A stretch of 62,894 bases of DNA, counting the filler, from Folioceros fuciformis (taxonomy: Eukaryota), in assembly GCA_049999805.1 (NCBI GenBank). It is 6 parts of 6 records of this genome, joined end to end, with 100 filler letters (N's around TTAATTAATTAA, not from the genome) between each part and the next. Parts side by side here need not be neighbours in the genome. Positions count along the whole stretch, not along the records: positions 25,607 to 33,403 come from JBNGIO010001143.1; positions 33,504 to 38,361 come from JBNGIO010001145.1; positions 38,462 to 57,417 come from JBNGIO010001146.1; 3 more parts are not named here. One strand, 5' to 3'. Under the pieces are notes generated by a model. The model was not told the DNA's origin. It worked only from the letters and a program-made list of their open reading frames with translations, and made no database searches. Below, one piece after another: positions 29,099-40,624 of this stretch (its first letter is position 1; the number at the start of each line of letters is the position of its first letter). Both the position numbers and the translations under genes were made by a program.

Positions 29099-31420
29099 CG
29101 CCACACTGCAATGTGGTTAACAGGAGCTGAGCGGGGGATAATCCAGCCACCTATCCTGTGCGTTTGCGTAATTTTGGTGAGCTTGCTGAGAGCAAGGAAC
29201 CGCTCCCGTGCCAAACGTAGACCCTGAACGGCTACAGCTCTCGAGTGTGAACTCTGAAAAGTACTCCACACCGAGCGAAGGAAGAGGGTTTCGCCTGTCC
29301 CGACGGTTGGTTTCGGCGAAACCTTGTCAAGTGGGCGTGAAAGGAAAGCAAACCGGCCTCTGACAGGTCTCACGGCGTTTCTCATCTCTTCGCCTCCCGA
29401 AACCCTTGCCGCCTTCAGCAGTCGCGTAGACCGCCTGGGCGAGGCCGGCCTCGCGCCTGGAATCCTGTATCCAATCTCACACATAACACGGAGAAGGTGA
29501 AACTGCTCTGAGAGCACTAGCAAGATCCCGCCGCCGACCTTGACAACCTCACGGATTTGGTGCTTGCGCTTCCAGCCACGTGATGGCGATCCGTGTTGAA
29601 AAGCCTCAGCCAAAGGCTGGATGGGAAAAGATGCCCTGAGGACAACGGCCATGAGATTTCAGAATGTAGAGCTTCAGACCTATAGTTCAGCCGCTTTCGT
29701 CAGATCGATTGTCATGTAATTGAACTGACTTTCTTGTGTTCAACGTCACTGGTGTGAACCTCTCCAAGGTTCTTGAGATTCGGTTGTCAATGCCGACGTT
29801 CTTTGAATTGGATTGGACTTCGGGAGGTTTGGCTGCATCTTTGGGCCTTCTTTTATGGCGCGCCTCGTAGCTCGGATATGGCACAACCCGCGTGGACAGC
29901 TTTGGACTGAACCAAAAGATCCGGTGGCTCGTCCGCTGTCAGTGTCACGGATCACAACCCTCACATGAGCTCAGTTGATGAAAGTGACGTCCAGGCTCTT
30001 CTCCATCAGACGCAAGCCGCATAAGTGTTTCGTACCATGGTAGACCAAGGATGCCACTTGCCTCTGTCCATCCTGTCTGCCAGGTTCGTGTGTAGTCTGT
30101 GTGTCACTCACCTACTGGCCTTCGCTCGCCAGAAATGTGTCCCCGCAATTACAGCAAAGTCTGGCACACGGTTGACAGATTACATAACTGGGTTAAGCAT
30201 CAAGGGACGAGGGAGCGTGGGTGCTGGCAATCCTCTCGTGATGGTCCCCTGTATGAGCATTAGCGCAAGAACAACCACAACCAAGGACGAATGTTGCATA
30301 ATCAAACAGGGGTTGACGCAGGATTTCCTTTTCTTTTCAGTAATGTCTTCACAGCCCCCAAGCCTACTCAACGACGGTAGGCCATAGGAACCATGCATGG
30401 AAAAAATAACAACAAATCAAAACCATGTATGTATATCATACGCTCACAACCTTCACCATAATCCAGAACTAGAAAGCACAATGAACTTGCAATAACTTAA
30501 GAATATTTATATACTTTGAACACGGGGGTCGATTCTCCACCTACTGGCGTGATGTTGGACTGTGTGCATCTTGAGGCCGCCTCTCCGTGGCATGGGTGCC
30601 ACTGGGGACAGCGAATCGCTATCTCCACCTGGACCGCATTCAAAGATACTTCCTTCATTAACCGACCACTGTACTGTTCTGCATGAGACGAAAGCATTGG
30701 ATAGTAACCATCCTAAAATATCTAATACGACATGCCCTCCAGCGCCAGGCCAGTGCAGGAGGCCTGCGGGTTATGTAGGTGGCGGAGCCCACCGGATGCG
30801 TTGGACAGACGACAGATCTCGGTGAGGGAAATCCTCCCGCGCCACTTTGCGAAACCGTGAGTGATTTGAGATGTCGTCTCGTCGTTGCCGCTTCAATACG
30901 GCCAAACGCATGCTCGTAACACAACATGAAACACGAGTCCATTTGGTGAATGAAAGCTACCGTAGACCACATGGACTTGCGTTTCAAGGCACAGTTGACG
31001 GTTAATTGCGTGCCGTGCCGTGCCGTAGATGTCTGCTCATGAAACCACCAGTTTGCGATCGGCAGTCTGCCCTCATCCTGATGTAGCTGCACATTCCTGC
31101 CCATCCCCATTGAGCGGGTGTGTCAAATGAGCCCTTTCACACCTTCCACACCTTCCACAACCTGTAGAATAGTACGATCACAAGTAGGGATGATTCTCAT
31201 CAGTCACAGTGGCTCATGTACCATATCCGGTGGACACATGTTGCTGAGCCGAACAGAGAAACGCCAGGTAGTCCAAGTTGTGAGCCAGTTTTCAATTCCC
31301 AAAATATACAATGGTGCAGTCCGTCCCGAGGAGACACACCGACTGCCGAGTAGACCTTTGAGACTCTGTACAGAAGAGTCCACTCCCGTGCAGCTAGCTA
31401 CCTGAGAGCAGCAGCGGATG

Positions 31421-32458
31421 TTAAACTTGACTCCAGTGAGATGGCGAGGGAGTGCTAGCTGTTTGAACTACGACATTGTCCTTTTCCTTTTCCTTCCCCT
31501 TCCCCTTCCCCTTCTCCTTCTCCTTCTCCTTCCCCCTGACCTTGTCATGAGATAGTGAGGCAATCTCGACCTCCGATGTGACTACAACATGGTCGGAGGA
31601 GTTGGTCATAGCAGCCTCAAGCTGGGATAGGTGGTGCTCCTCACTGCCGCCCCTGGACAAAGAGTAGACAGGACTGAGGCTGCCAGGAGGCACCAGCCTG
31701 GGTTGCATGCCCTCCCCTGACTCACCACCAACCACAACAATTTCAGGCGAATGAGCCTGAGCATCCGATGTTTCAGACATGCCCAAAGGTGGCGGCGAAG
31801 CGGCATGCCCACTAGTAGACGCTCCCACGGAGTCTGATAGCACTGCAGTCCTGAGCGGTAGTAACTCCGGTGAAGAAGTAGTAGCTGACGCTTTGTCACG
31901 GCTTGCCAAAATGCTCCGTCTACACAAAGGACAGGAAGGCTGAGATCTTAACCACGAGTCGACGCACTGCGGATGGAAAGCATGTTGACAGTCGGGAAGC
32001 TGGCGCAACTGCTCCCCTTCCTCAAACGCGGTGAGACAAACTGCACAATCACTTTCCAGCTCGCTATAGCGCAGCTTGACACTGGAAGACCTTTCCAGAT
32101 CCTGTAAACCAGCAGTGTGTTTGTTGGACGAACGCCTCCTATAGTAAACAAGGGGCAGTGCATTGATGACCTTGGGATCCACACCCGGACCGTCCTTCAC
32201 CCCTCCGGACTGCTCCTCCGAGTCCAGATTCCAGTTCAAATTCCGTCGCCTCTGGAAATGCGGATTCATGCACTTGGCAAATAGCGCAAACGCACACACA
32301 AGCATGAAGGTGAAACCTAAACCTACGAGGATGATTGCCAGATTCGGCTTCAAGCTAGGAAGCTCGCCAGCGTCAGGAGGCGTAGGAGGCGAGATATAAG
32401 GCGGCGAAGGGCTAGGAGGTGAGTCCTCGGCAGCCAAAAATCTGCTTGGGCCCGGCAT
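31421..32458 (-). CDS. ATL: ATL-family RING-H2 E3 ubiquitin ligase, intronless
   Basis: N-terminal TM helix, GLD-like GVDPKVINALP, RING-H2 CAVCL...LPDCQHAFHPQCVDSWL...CPLCR. Confidence 0.93.
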   Translation of the reverse strand: MPGPSRFLAAEDSPPSPSPPYISPPTPPDAGELPSLKPNLAIILVGLGFTFMLVCAFALFAKCMNPHFQRRRNLNWNLDSEEQSGGVKDGPGVDPKVINALPLVYYRRRSSNKHTAGLQDLERSSSVKLRYSELESDCAVCLTAFEEGEQLRQLPDCQHAFHPQCVDSWLRSQPSCPLCRRSILASRDKASATTSSPELLPLRTAVLSDSVGASTSGHAASPPPLGMSETSDAQAHSPEIVVVGGESGEGMQPRLVPPGSLSPVYSLSRGGSEEHHLSQLEAAMTNSSDHVVVTSEVEIASLSHDKVRGKEKEKEKGKGKGKEKEKDNVVVQTASTPSPSHWSQV

Positions 32459-33403
32459 GGTGTCCACCTCGCAGCCGCGAGCCGGGCATATAAATTAAGC
32501 ACCGCACCGCACCGCACCCTCCGAGGAGATTGCAGCCTCGGGTGTGAGAGAAAAGAAAATAAAAAAACGAGTCCACGAAAGAATCGAGCTCGCCTTCCGC
32601 TCCGACGCACCAGGCCCGCTACCAGCGGATTGCACAACCTCCGTCAATCCCGGCCCCGCGCACCCGCGCAATATCTCCCATAGCAACCTAAGCGGCGGCT
32701 CCCCGGCCCCCAGGCCTCCATCATCCCTTCCCGCACCCGATTTCACCACGGTTCCGGCCCCCCCGCCACTGCAGCGCACCGCAGCAAATGAAAACAAGGT
32801 GGCGAGGCGGACGCCGAATTCCCACCGGCTCCAACAAAACCTCTCTTTCAATCTGAACGAAAAGATGGACACAACAGGGACGGGACGGAGGCAGCAAGCG
32901 AATGCGACAGCCGAGCCAGCCAGCCGACTCACCAGCACCTGTTGTCCTCCACGAAGCGCCGCCAAAGGTCAGCAGCGGAGTGACAGACCACTGCAGAGGC
33001 CACGTCAACGGGCTGTCCCTCTGCTGACCGGATGGACAGCGATGAGCCAAAGCGGGATGCCGATCCAGACAGCCGCCAGCTCCAAAAGGAGCCGTGAGGA
33101 TCCGTCACCGCATCAACAGTGCAGCGCAGTTGCGTCGCAGCAAACACAGCAGTCTCCACGTCGCAGGAGGAAGGCGAGGCGAGGCGAGGCGAGGCGGAGC
33201 GAAGAGAAGCTGGACGAGACTAGGCTAGGCGAGCCGGCCGCGAGGGCGCCCGGGGAGGGGGCCAGTGACACCCGTTGGACTGAGCTGCCAGTGGCGTGCG
33301 ATGAGCGGAGGACGACGGAGGCAGAACCGGGGCCGGAGCCAGAAGTCTGTCGAGCTGACGCCACGTTCCTCCGCGTTCCTACGCGTTCGTTCCTCTGCGT
33401 TCC

Positions 33404-33503
33404 NNNNNNNNNNNNNNNNNNNNNNNNNNNNNNNNNNNNNNNNNNNNTTAATTAATTAANNNNNNNNNNNNNNNNNNNNNNNNNNNNNNNNNNNNNNNNN
33501 NNN
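33404..33503. other. Artificial contig spacer
   Basis: Same 100-bp linker. Confidence 0.99.
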
Positions 33504-34542
33504 AGGATAACTTGTTAAGTTGTAGTTTGCATTTTGGCTGGTCAAATAGTTCGGCATCCATCTTTGTTGTCTGATCCTTCATCTTATTTGTAGTTATTTT
33601 GTTTGAAGTAAGTGCAAGCGAGGAGTTTTACTTTACTACACCCAGTAGTCCTAGTTTTGTAGCTAGCTATGCCTTGGATGCAATATCCTCTAAGGCCATA
33701 AGAGAGGCTAGTATAGCAAATTGTGTGCTAACCATGTGGTATACAAAAAGTAAGAGTAAGAAGTGCAAAGTAAAAAGTAACTAGAGCAAAATGTTTCGAT
33801 GAAGTTTACACAAAATTGCAAATTTTCTAGAAGTGCAAGTGTGTCTTTTGTATCTCATTAAGCTCATAATAATGCTGGAACAGCAAGGCACCGCAAATAT
33901 TAATAATAAAAATAATATTTTTTAATGAACGTGTAATAGTAGAATCTTAAAATTTCTGAATTTTTTTATCACGTCTTAGGAAATAGAGCTAGCACAAACA
34001 TAGAGGGTTTGCCTTCTTAGTCGTGATGTCTTTCTTTTTCACAGTCACATTTCCATATCTCTCTTCCTTTGACCCAAAAGTTAGAAGACTAAATGAAAAG
34101 ATGCGAAAGCTCAAACAACCACAACAATTATCACATTAGAATATATTTTTATACAATAAAATATTAAGCTTTGATACCAAGGAAAATTTTATCTTCAAAG
34201 TTTGAGAGATTTACTCAATGATGAATGATCACAAAAAGTGTGCTCTTATAGTCTAGGTTTAAAAGGCTGTTACCTAACACCAAAGAGTAGGAGCATATTG
34301 AATGAAAGAATTTGTTCTTCTAATTTAGAGTGTCGGATTTTGTAACTTAGATTTGGGTCAGTCATAGCCGGAAGTCCATCACATGACATATCTTTGTTAC
34401 CTAACTTCAAGGAGTATGAGCATATTGAATGAAGCAATTGACCTGTCTGCAACATAGACAGTGTCCTCGGTGTACACTATTGTGCGGAAGGATCTCCAGA
34501 TCGTCATTTCTATGTCTAGTCGACCTTTGTAGGTGACCCCAG

Positions 34543-34610
34543 TCACCTATGGACACAAGTTAGTTCACCTATGGACACAAGTTAGTTCACCTATGGACAC
34601 AAGTTAGTTC
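34543..34610. repeat. 22-bp tandem repeat x3
   Basis: TCACCTATGGACACAAGTTAGT repeated. Confidence 0.9.
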
Positions 34611-35111
34611 AATCTAAGACGTCATAGCCAACTTGCACCATCATACCTCTCACTCCCGGTCTCTAGCAAGTGGTTTGCTCACACCCAAATACACACAATC
34701 ACACTTAAATCACAGGAAACCAACATCCTGGTCAGAACACGTTTGACATGCATCTACTTTAAGTGATTCCCTATCATTGACTACTACATTATTGGATCAT
34801 TAATTTTTATTATAGCCACTGACATGGCATATGCATTCTAACTTGGTCCTAAAATGCAAAAACCTTATTATGATGACATGATAACATATTTTCTTTAAGG
34901 CTCCTTTGCACGCAGGTAAGGCCACGAAGAAAATGAAGAAGATTGTCAACCATGGTGGGCAGACTGTATAGCGTGCACGTCGCACAATCTCATCTGGCAT
35001 CCCGCACTGCTCCTAATCGATTTGAGCACTTCCACTCCTTGATCCACATACCCTTTCTTCGCATGTCATGCGCCTCATGGCTTGTTTACTTGTATCTCTG
35101 CAATTTCGCAG

Positions 35112-35856
35112 AGCCAGAAGCTTTAAAACCCAGGATCTGCGATCACGACTGACAAACGGAATACAGCGTGCGCGAGAGAGGAGTATGAGAGGGCTGGGTC
35201 CGGTGAGACGGAGTTGCAGAACAGAGCCTTCGAGGCGAGTAATACACACATGACCCAGGCATACAACACTAGTGTCTTCACACTCCAGTCAACCCTGGTC
35301 TAACGATACCACCACGGCAGGTTTGTACCAAAGTTGAGGACGTTCAAAATGTTCGACGGGACAAGATTGACAGTGCATTCCCCAAGCTGTCTGGTAGAAC
35401 ACATGCTGTGAAAGTAAGATGGTGGGTGATGGCCACTTCAATCAAAATTCATGTCTCTTGGGAGTATTAATGTGCTTCTCTACTAATCGGCCACTGTGGG
35501 CTCCTTGTGCCAGATGAAAAACCTTTCGGCAATGGAAGCGAATCAAATCAGACCCATTTCGGTGTTGTCGTTGGACACTTACTTCAAGCTGGACAACGAA
35601 CTATCCGCTACTGACAACGCTGATGACGATCACACTGCTGTGGCTGCGAACGTTCCCAGGGTGAGTTATTTTGTCATCAGATATTCACAGCATCTGTGTC
35701 TTAAATCTTTTCCTTCTAATCCGGCATTTTGCCTTCATTGCATAGAGTCGTAAGGCCCCGTTAGAAGATCGAGAGTTTGAGCTGTGCCAAAAATCACCTC
35801 CACTGCAGGCTACACAGTTTTCCATCTTAGAACAGGCAACCTCCCACCCGAATTGA
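35112..35856 (+). pseudogene. PSF2: Diverged or chimeric GINS PSF2-derived gene fragment
   Basis: In-frame spliced exons 35321-35413 (VCTKVEDVQNVRRDKIDSAFPKLSGRTHAVK) and 35514-35660 (MKNLSAMEANQIRP...) resemble the PSF2 C-terminus. Flanking exons 35112-35202 and 35746-35856 are not PSF2-like. Confidence 0.65.
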
Positions 35857-36232
35857 TCTCAACAGGTCACCACGAATCTGTATTTGGTGAAGTCCTCCTG
35901 TCATTGGATTGAGATATCTTTTTATGGGAAATTTACTTACATAACTATATACAACTCTCACTTCCGGAGGCAGCTCCCTTAGAGTTCTTGTGCCTCGAAC
36001 GGAACTTCGGAAGACAGCTCGAGGTGAAATAGCGTGAAGGCCCCTCGCTGTCTAGTCTCCTTCACTGTCTAAGCTCCTCACATTTTCGGGTTCTTCCAGT
36101 GATTAAGCTCCTACAGTTCAAAGAATGTTCCATTAACAAGATAACTGTACCCAAGAGTATCTCCAGGTTTAAGACCTTCAATCGACTCGAGTGTCTGAAA
36201 GAGTGGATCTGCAACGATAACCATGACTTACG

Positions 36233-37515
36233 TCAACGGCATTTACAGCAGAGTACGGCGGAACAGAGATTGCCAAGTTGACGAATCGGTGGCCTTGGAG
36301 CATGCCTTAAAGCATCTGCAACAGCAGAGAAGCCGTCGTGCAGGTGAAGCCTTAGTGCAGGTGGCTGCACCCCTTTTCCACATGCTGTAGTTTTGGAGCC
36401 TCTTTGACATTTCTTGGCGGATACAGTGCCCACTGCATAGCCCAGATGACGAGTGGCCGCATGTAAGTGAGGGATCTATAGCTTCCACTTGTTGTCCAAG
36501 CCTCTGGAGTTTGGAACCAGTACCTGGTGGTGCCACACCACTTGTTAGTAAGGGAGTTGCATGGACAGAGGAACAGGTACAATCATTCTCAAAAGCATGT
36601 TGCTGGCTTACCCCAAGTCCAACCATGAAGCCAGGTAGATTCCGTCAGCAGCTATAAATGCCTCATCCCTCATTCCTTCATAGATCATAGCAGCAGCCAG
36701 GGAATACGTTACACCTGTCCACACCTCTCGAGACTGCATTGAGGTCTCATCAACTCTGCCATCTGGGTGCATGCCGTTGACAGCGCCCATCTTGCCTCCT
36801 TGCACCTTGAGGACATTGAAATCGAAGATCTTTCTCAGCGCACTTCGTGCCTTGTAGTCCCCGAAGAGTGGTGGCAACCTAGATGCCCAAGCATACCATT
36901 GCCCCGCCATTTGGTCAGCCTGAATAGACTTGCTATTACTGCTCGTTCCACTGTCGTAATTGAAGTAGGAGCCGTTCCAAAGCTTCTTGTCATACACAAC
37001 CCTTGCCTGGCTAAATTTCCCACGGAAATACTTAGCTGCATTCGTATGTTGAACTACGTCAGCCACAGCAGCAGCCGCTTCAAGGGCCGCCAGCCAGACT
37101 CCTCCACAGTACGCACTGCTACCATGCACAGGCCAGGTATCATAAGTTTGGTCAGGGAACCCATCGTTTTCGATGAGACTATCCCTATCTCTGTCAAATT
37201 GGTCCATGTATGCCATAGCCGCGGACACTGCAGCCCAGACTGCTTTGGAAAAACTTAAATCTCCGGTAGCGACCACATCTCTGTACACTTGGAAACAAAC
37301 TTACGATTCAGATCCTTCCATTTACTGGTATCGTGGATGTTGTATGCATTGACCTCTACCCATGGATCGTGAGTACCAAAATCATGTGGTACCGTACCGA
37401 CCCAAAGACTTTCCTCACACCCCAATTACTCTCAGCCAGGTACTTGACTCTCTCAGCTTGGTGCGTAAAGGTAGCTGGCGCATAATCAGATTGAATGCTA
37501 AGCTCCAGCTTGGAT
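36233..37515 (-). pseudogene. GBA2: GH116 non-lysosomal glucosylceramidase (GBA2-like) 3' fragment with frameshifts
   Basis: [37 protein letters not shown], intron, then YWFQTPEAW...YMRPL. Frameshifts near 37390, 37290 and 36360; 5' part absent. Confidence 0.88.
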
Positions 37516-38361
37516 AAATAACCCATATTGCTTCTGAAAAGTGCTACATACGTTATATATCTCAACTGATCTCCATAACTGTCAGCCGGGAGAGGTAAGC
37601 GCTCTTCTGTGACCTGAGCGGGGGCTATTGGGGGTTTGTGAACAAGGGCCCGGCTGGACCAGGCCAGGCTTGTTATGTAGATGCCGTGCCCGCTTCAAGT
37701 CAGGAGTTGAGATGTCACTCTGGTCGGAGGACCGGTGGTGACCCCTCATTAGAGAGGGGGGGAACGCGTGAGGCGGGCAACCGAGCAGCGATGACCCCCC
37801 CCTCCCGACAGTGAAGGGAGAACATGGCAGAATAGCAACCTGATTATCCTTCCAGCCGTTCGCCCACGAACCAAACTTCCATACTCCCAAACCTTTTTAC
37901 CCTAGAGGATGACGCCCCTTCGCAACAAAAGGTTACTTACGGCGGCGTCCCATACAAATGGCATTGGCAAAGGATGTTTAGCCAGCTTAGCAAAATAATG
38001 TCTTTCTGTTCAACAAACATACATTTGTTAAGGCCAACATTGATCTTCAATTTTACATTTGGAAATGCTAATGGTGCTGGTATTGGACTGTGTGGTTGAA
38101 GCATTGACCTAGAAGATGTGCATGAATATGTCTCAATAGATATGGGATTTCTTTAGATCCTAATATTATCTTATATAGCTTTAAGCACATACATCTAGTC
38201 TCAAGTGTATTTTCTATAATTGAAAAAGAGATGGAAAGTCTCATTTACTCCAAAGATTGGAGGAACAACCCGAGCAGGACTCGTTTGTCGTTCAAGATGG
38301 GTATTTTGCATCTCTCTATTTAAATCCTATTTCTTCGAACAATCTTCTTAGCAATATTGCG

Positions 38362-38461
38362 NNNNNNNNNNNNNNNNNNNNNNNNNNNNNNNNNNNNNNN
38401 NNNNNTTAATTAATTAANNNNNNNNNNNNNNNNNNNNNNNNNNNNNNNNNNNNNNNNNNNN
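38362..38461. other. Artificial contig spacer
   Basis: Same 100-bp linker. Confidence 0.99.
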
Positions 38462-38573
38462 AAACCCTAAACCCTAAACCCTAAACCCTAAACCCTAAAC
38501 CCTAAACCCTAAACCCTAAACCCTAAACCCTAAAGCCCTAAAACCCTAAAACCCTAAACCCTAAACCCTAAAC
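38462..38573. repeat. Arabidopsis-type telomeric array (CCCTAAA)n at contig start
   Basis: About 15 copies of AAACCCT with a few variant units, C-rich strand reading inward from the contig end. Confidence 0.95.
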
Positions 38574-38574
38574 T

Positions 38575-38608
38575 CACCAAGGACACTTGTACACAAGTGT
38601 CCTTGGTG
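38575..38608. repeat. Perfect hairpin (16-bp arms, 2-nt loop) abutting the telomere array
   Basis: CACCAAGGACACTTGT-AC-ACAAGTGTCCTTGGTG. Confidence 0.95.
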
Positions 38609-38892
38609 GAAGTTGACGGATCAGGACCCATACTCCTTGGTCCACTACAAAACTTGCTCACTCTTGCCATGCTTCGTAACACTTGAAACCCTAGGATAAT
38701 AATACCTTAAAAGTAGGGGAAAAAAAAAGGAAAAGAAAGGATAAAAATTACTAAAAGTCTAAACCCCACCGTACTGAAGCTCCAGAGAGACTAATCATCA
38801 GTGCCAAACCCTAACCCTAATAGCTGCCCTAAACCTAGCGGAGACACCACACTCCCGACACCCTAAGGCCATACTCTATACCTTTTGTTGCC

Positions 38893-40441
38893 TGCTCCAT
38901 ATTGGCCATGGTAGTGTACCTGTATCTACTCCACCACGTCATCGCTGCTCCATATTAGCCGTGGTACTGTACTGGTATCTACTCCACCACGTCATTGCTA
39001 CTCCATACTAGTTGTGGTAGTGTACCTATATCTACTCCACCACATCGTTGCTTCCAGTTTTCCGCACATCCTAGTTTTCCTGTTATGCTAGGTTCCCATG
39101 TAACCTGTACCCGGAGGATTTCCAGCTACGTTGTACAAAAGACAATGAACATTAATGGTTTACGGCCGGGTTGAGCACTCCGGGTCGAAGGTTTCTGCTG
39201 GGTTTATTTTTAGGTACACTTAGATTTCTCCGACCTAGAGTACCCACCATGCCGGTTGGTGCCGTTTGAAATAACAGAACGGCATTATATACAATCCAGG
39301 TTGGATGTCATAAGGGACCAAGAATCGCCCGTTTTTTTGCCATTTCCATGATCGCTGCAAGTTGCTCTCTTTACATGAATTGTTCTAGTGTTAAGGACAA
39401 GGTGCGCTTGCATTGTACAGATGGACTCTTTTGTTCTGCTTCACCCTAAACTTCAGCAAGACCTTCGGTTGGATTCAATGTGCCACACCCTAAACTTCAG
39501 CAAGACCTTCGGTTGGATTCAATGTGCCAAGCATACCTGGTAGGTATCAAGTATGAAGCATGCTACAAATTGTGAAGACATTGCTAACAGAAACGTGTAT
39601 CAATCTCAACATTTGTCTTATGGTGTAGCTCCGGGTTTGAGCATGAGCGAGGGAGGAGGTCCTTTGCTCCTCCAAACCCACACTGGGGATAATGTAGCAA
39701 CACACTTACAAGGTCCTGGCTATTCCGCAGCTTGGACACCACAATTTCAAAACGAGCTGGAAAGCCAAGGTCCACATGTCTTGTACACAAGGTTTCACAT
39801 AGTATGTTGATAATTGAATGCCTATTAGAAATCCCTTTGGTAATTGTCTTTGTGGACTGCAATTGCAAGAGCAGCCTCCTATTGTTGACATGCCAGAATA
39901 GTGTTATCAAGAGCAACATCTAGAAGTCTCTGGTCACCTATGCTCACAGATCTTAAAGATAGCCTGAAATTGGTGATGGCAGCATCACTACTCCCCTCAA
40001 AGTAATTGAGTAAATAAAACAAGTCTCAAACTACACTTAGTGTAGCAAGGGCTACGCCGTAGACGACCATTTGCTCCACATTGGCCATAGATTGTCAATC
40101 CCTGAGCTTCAACCTAAAACGGAGCTGCTTGCTTCAACCTACATGAAACTTGCCTAGCTTTGTCAATGTCCATAGTGACACTTGAGTTTGATCGCGAATA
40201 GCCAAGGCCAGCCCGTTGTACTGAACAGGTGATGGCCTAGCTTTGTCAAAGTCCATAGCGACACTTGAGTTTGATCGCGAATAGCCAAGGCCAGCCCGTT
40301 GTACAGGTCATCAAGGCACTTGGCAACTATCAGTCATGAGTTCCGGTGATGACCTATTTCAAGCGATTGGCAACTATCAGTCATGAGTTCCGGTGATGAC
40401 CTATTTCAAGCACTTGGCAACTATCAGTCATGAGTTCCGGT
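38893..40441. repeat. Cluster of subtelomeric tandem duplications
   Basis: ~52-bp x3 (38893-39053), ~43-bp x2 (39443-39529), ~83-bp x2 (40152-40304), ~47-bp x3 (40311-40441). Confidence 0.85.
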
Positions 40442-40624
40442 ATAGGATAGTTCACAAGTCCGGGCTACATGGGAACCTAGTATTACTTCAATTTATTCAG
40501 TGTGATGGGCCCCATGGGACGACGTGTACAAAGCAACGTGTTCGTGCCTTTTTAACTCCGGTAACAAAAAGGTAATGGGGGTCTCTTCCTGTTTGGGCAT
40601 CGGCTTTAGGCCCCTTCAGTTTTC

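Noticed and set aside
32544..33455. 303-aa plus-strand ORF
   Set aside because: Low-complexity, non-ATG start, lies in the GC-rich 5' region of the ATL gene; no domain.
38805..38836. AAACCCTAACCCTAA as a telomerase RNA template
   Set aside because: No recognisable snRNA-type promoter or conserved TR context; better explained as degenerate subtelomeric repeats.
39830..39880. GNCL/WTAIARA resembling an OTU-protease motif
   Set aside because: Requires a frameshift and is too short to support.
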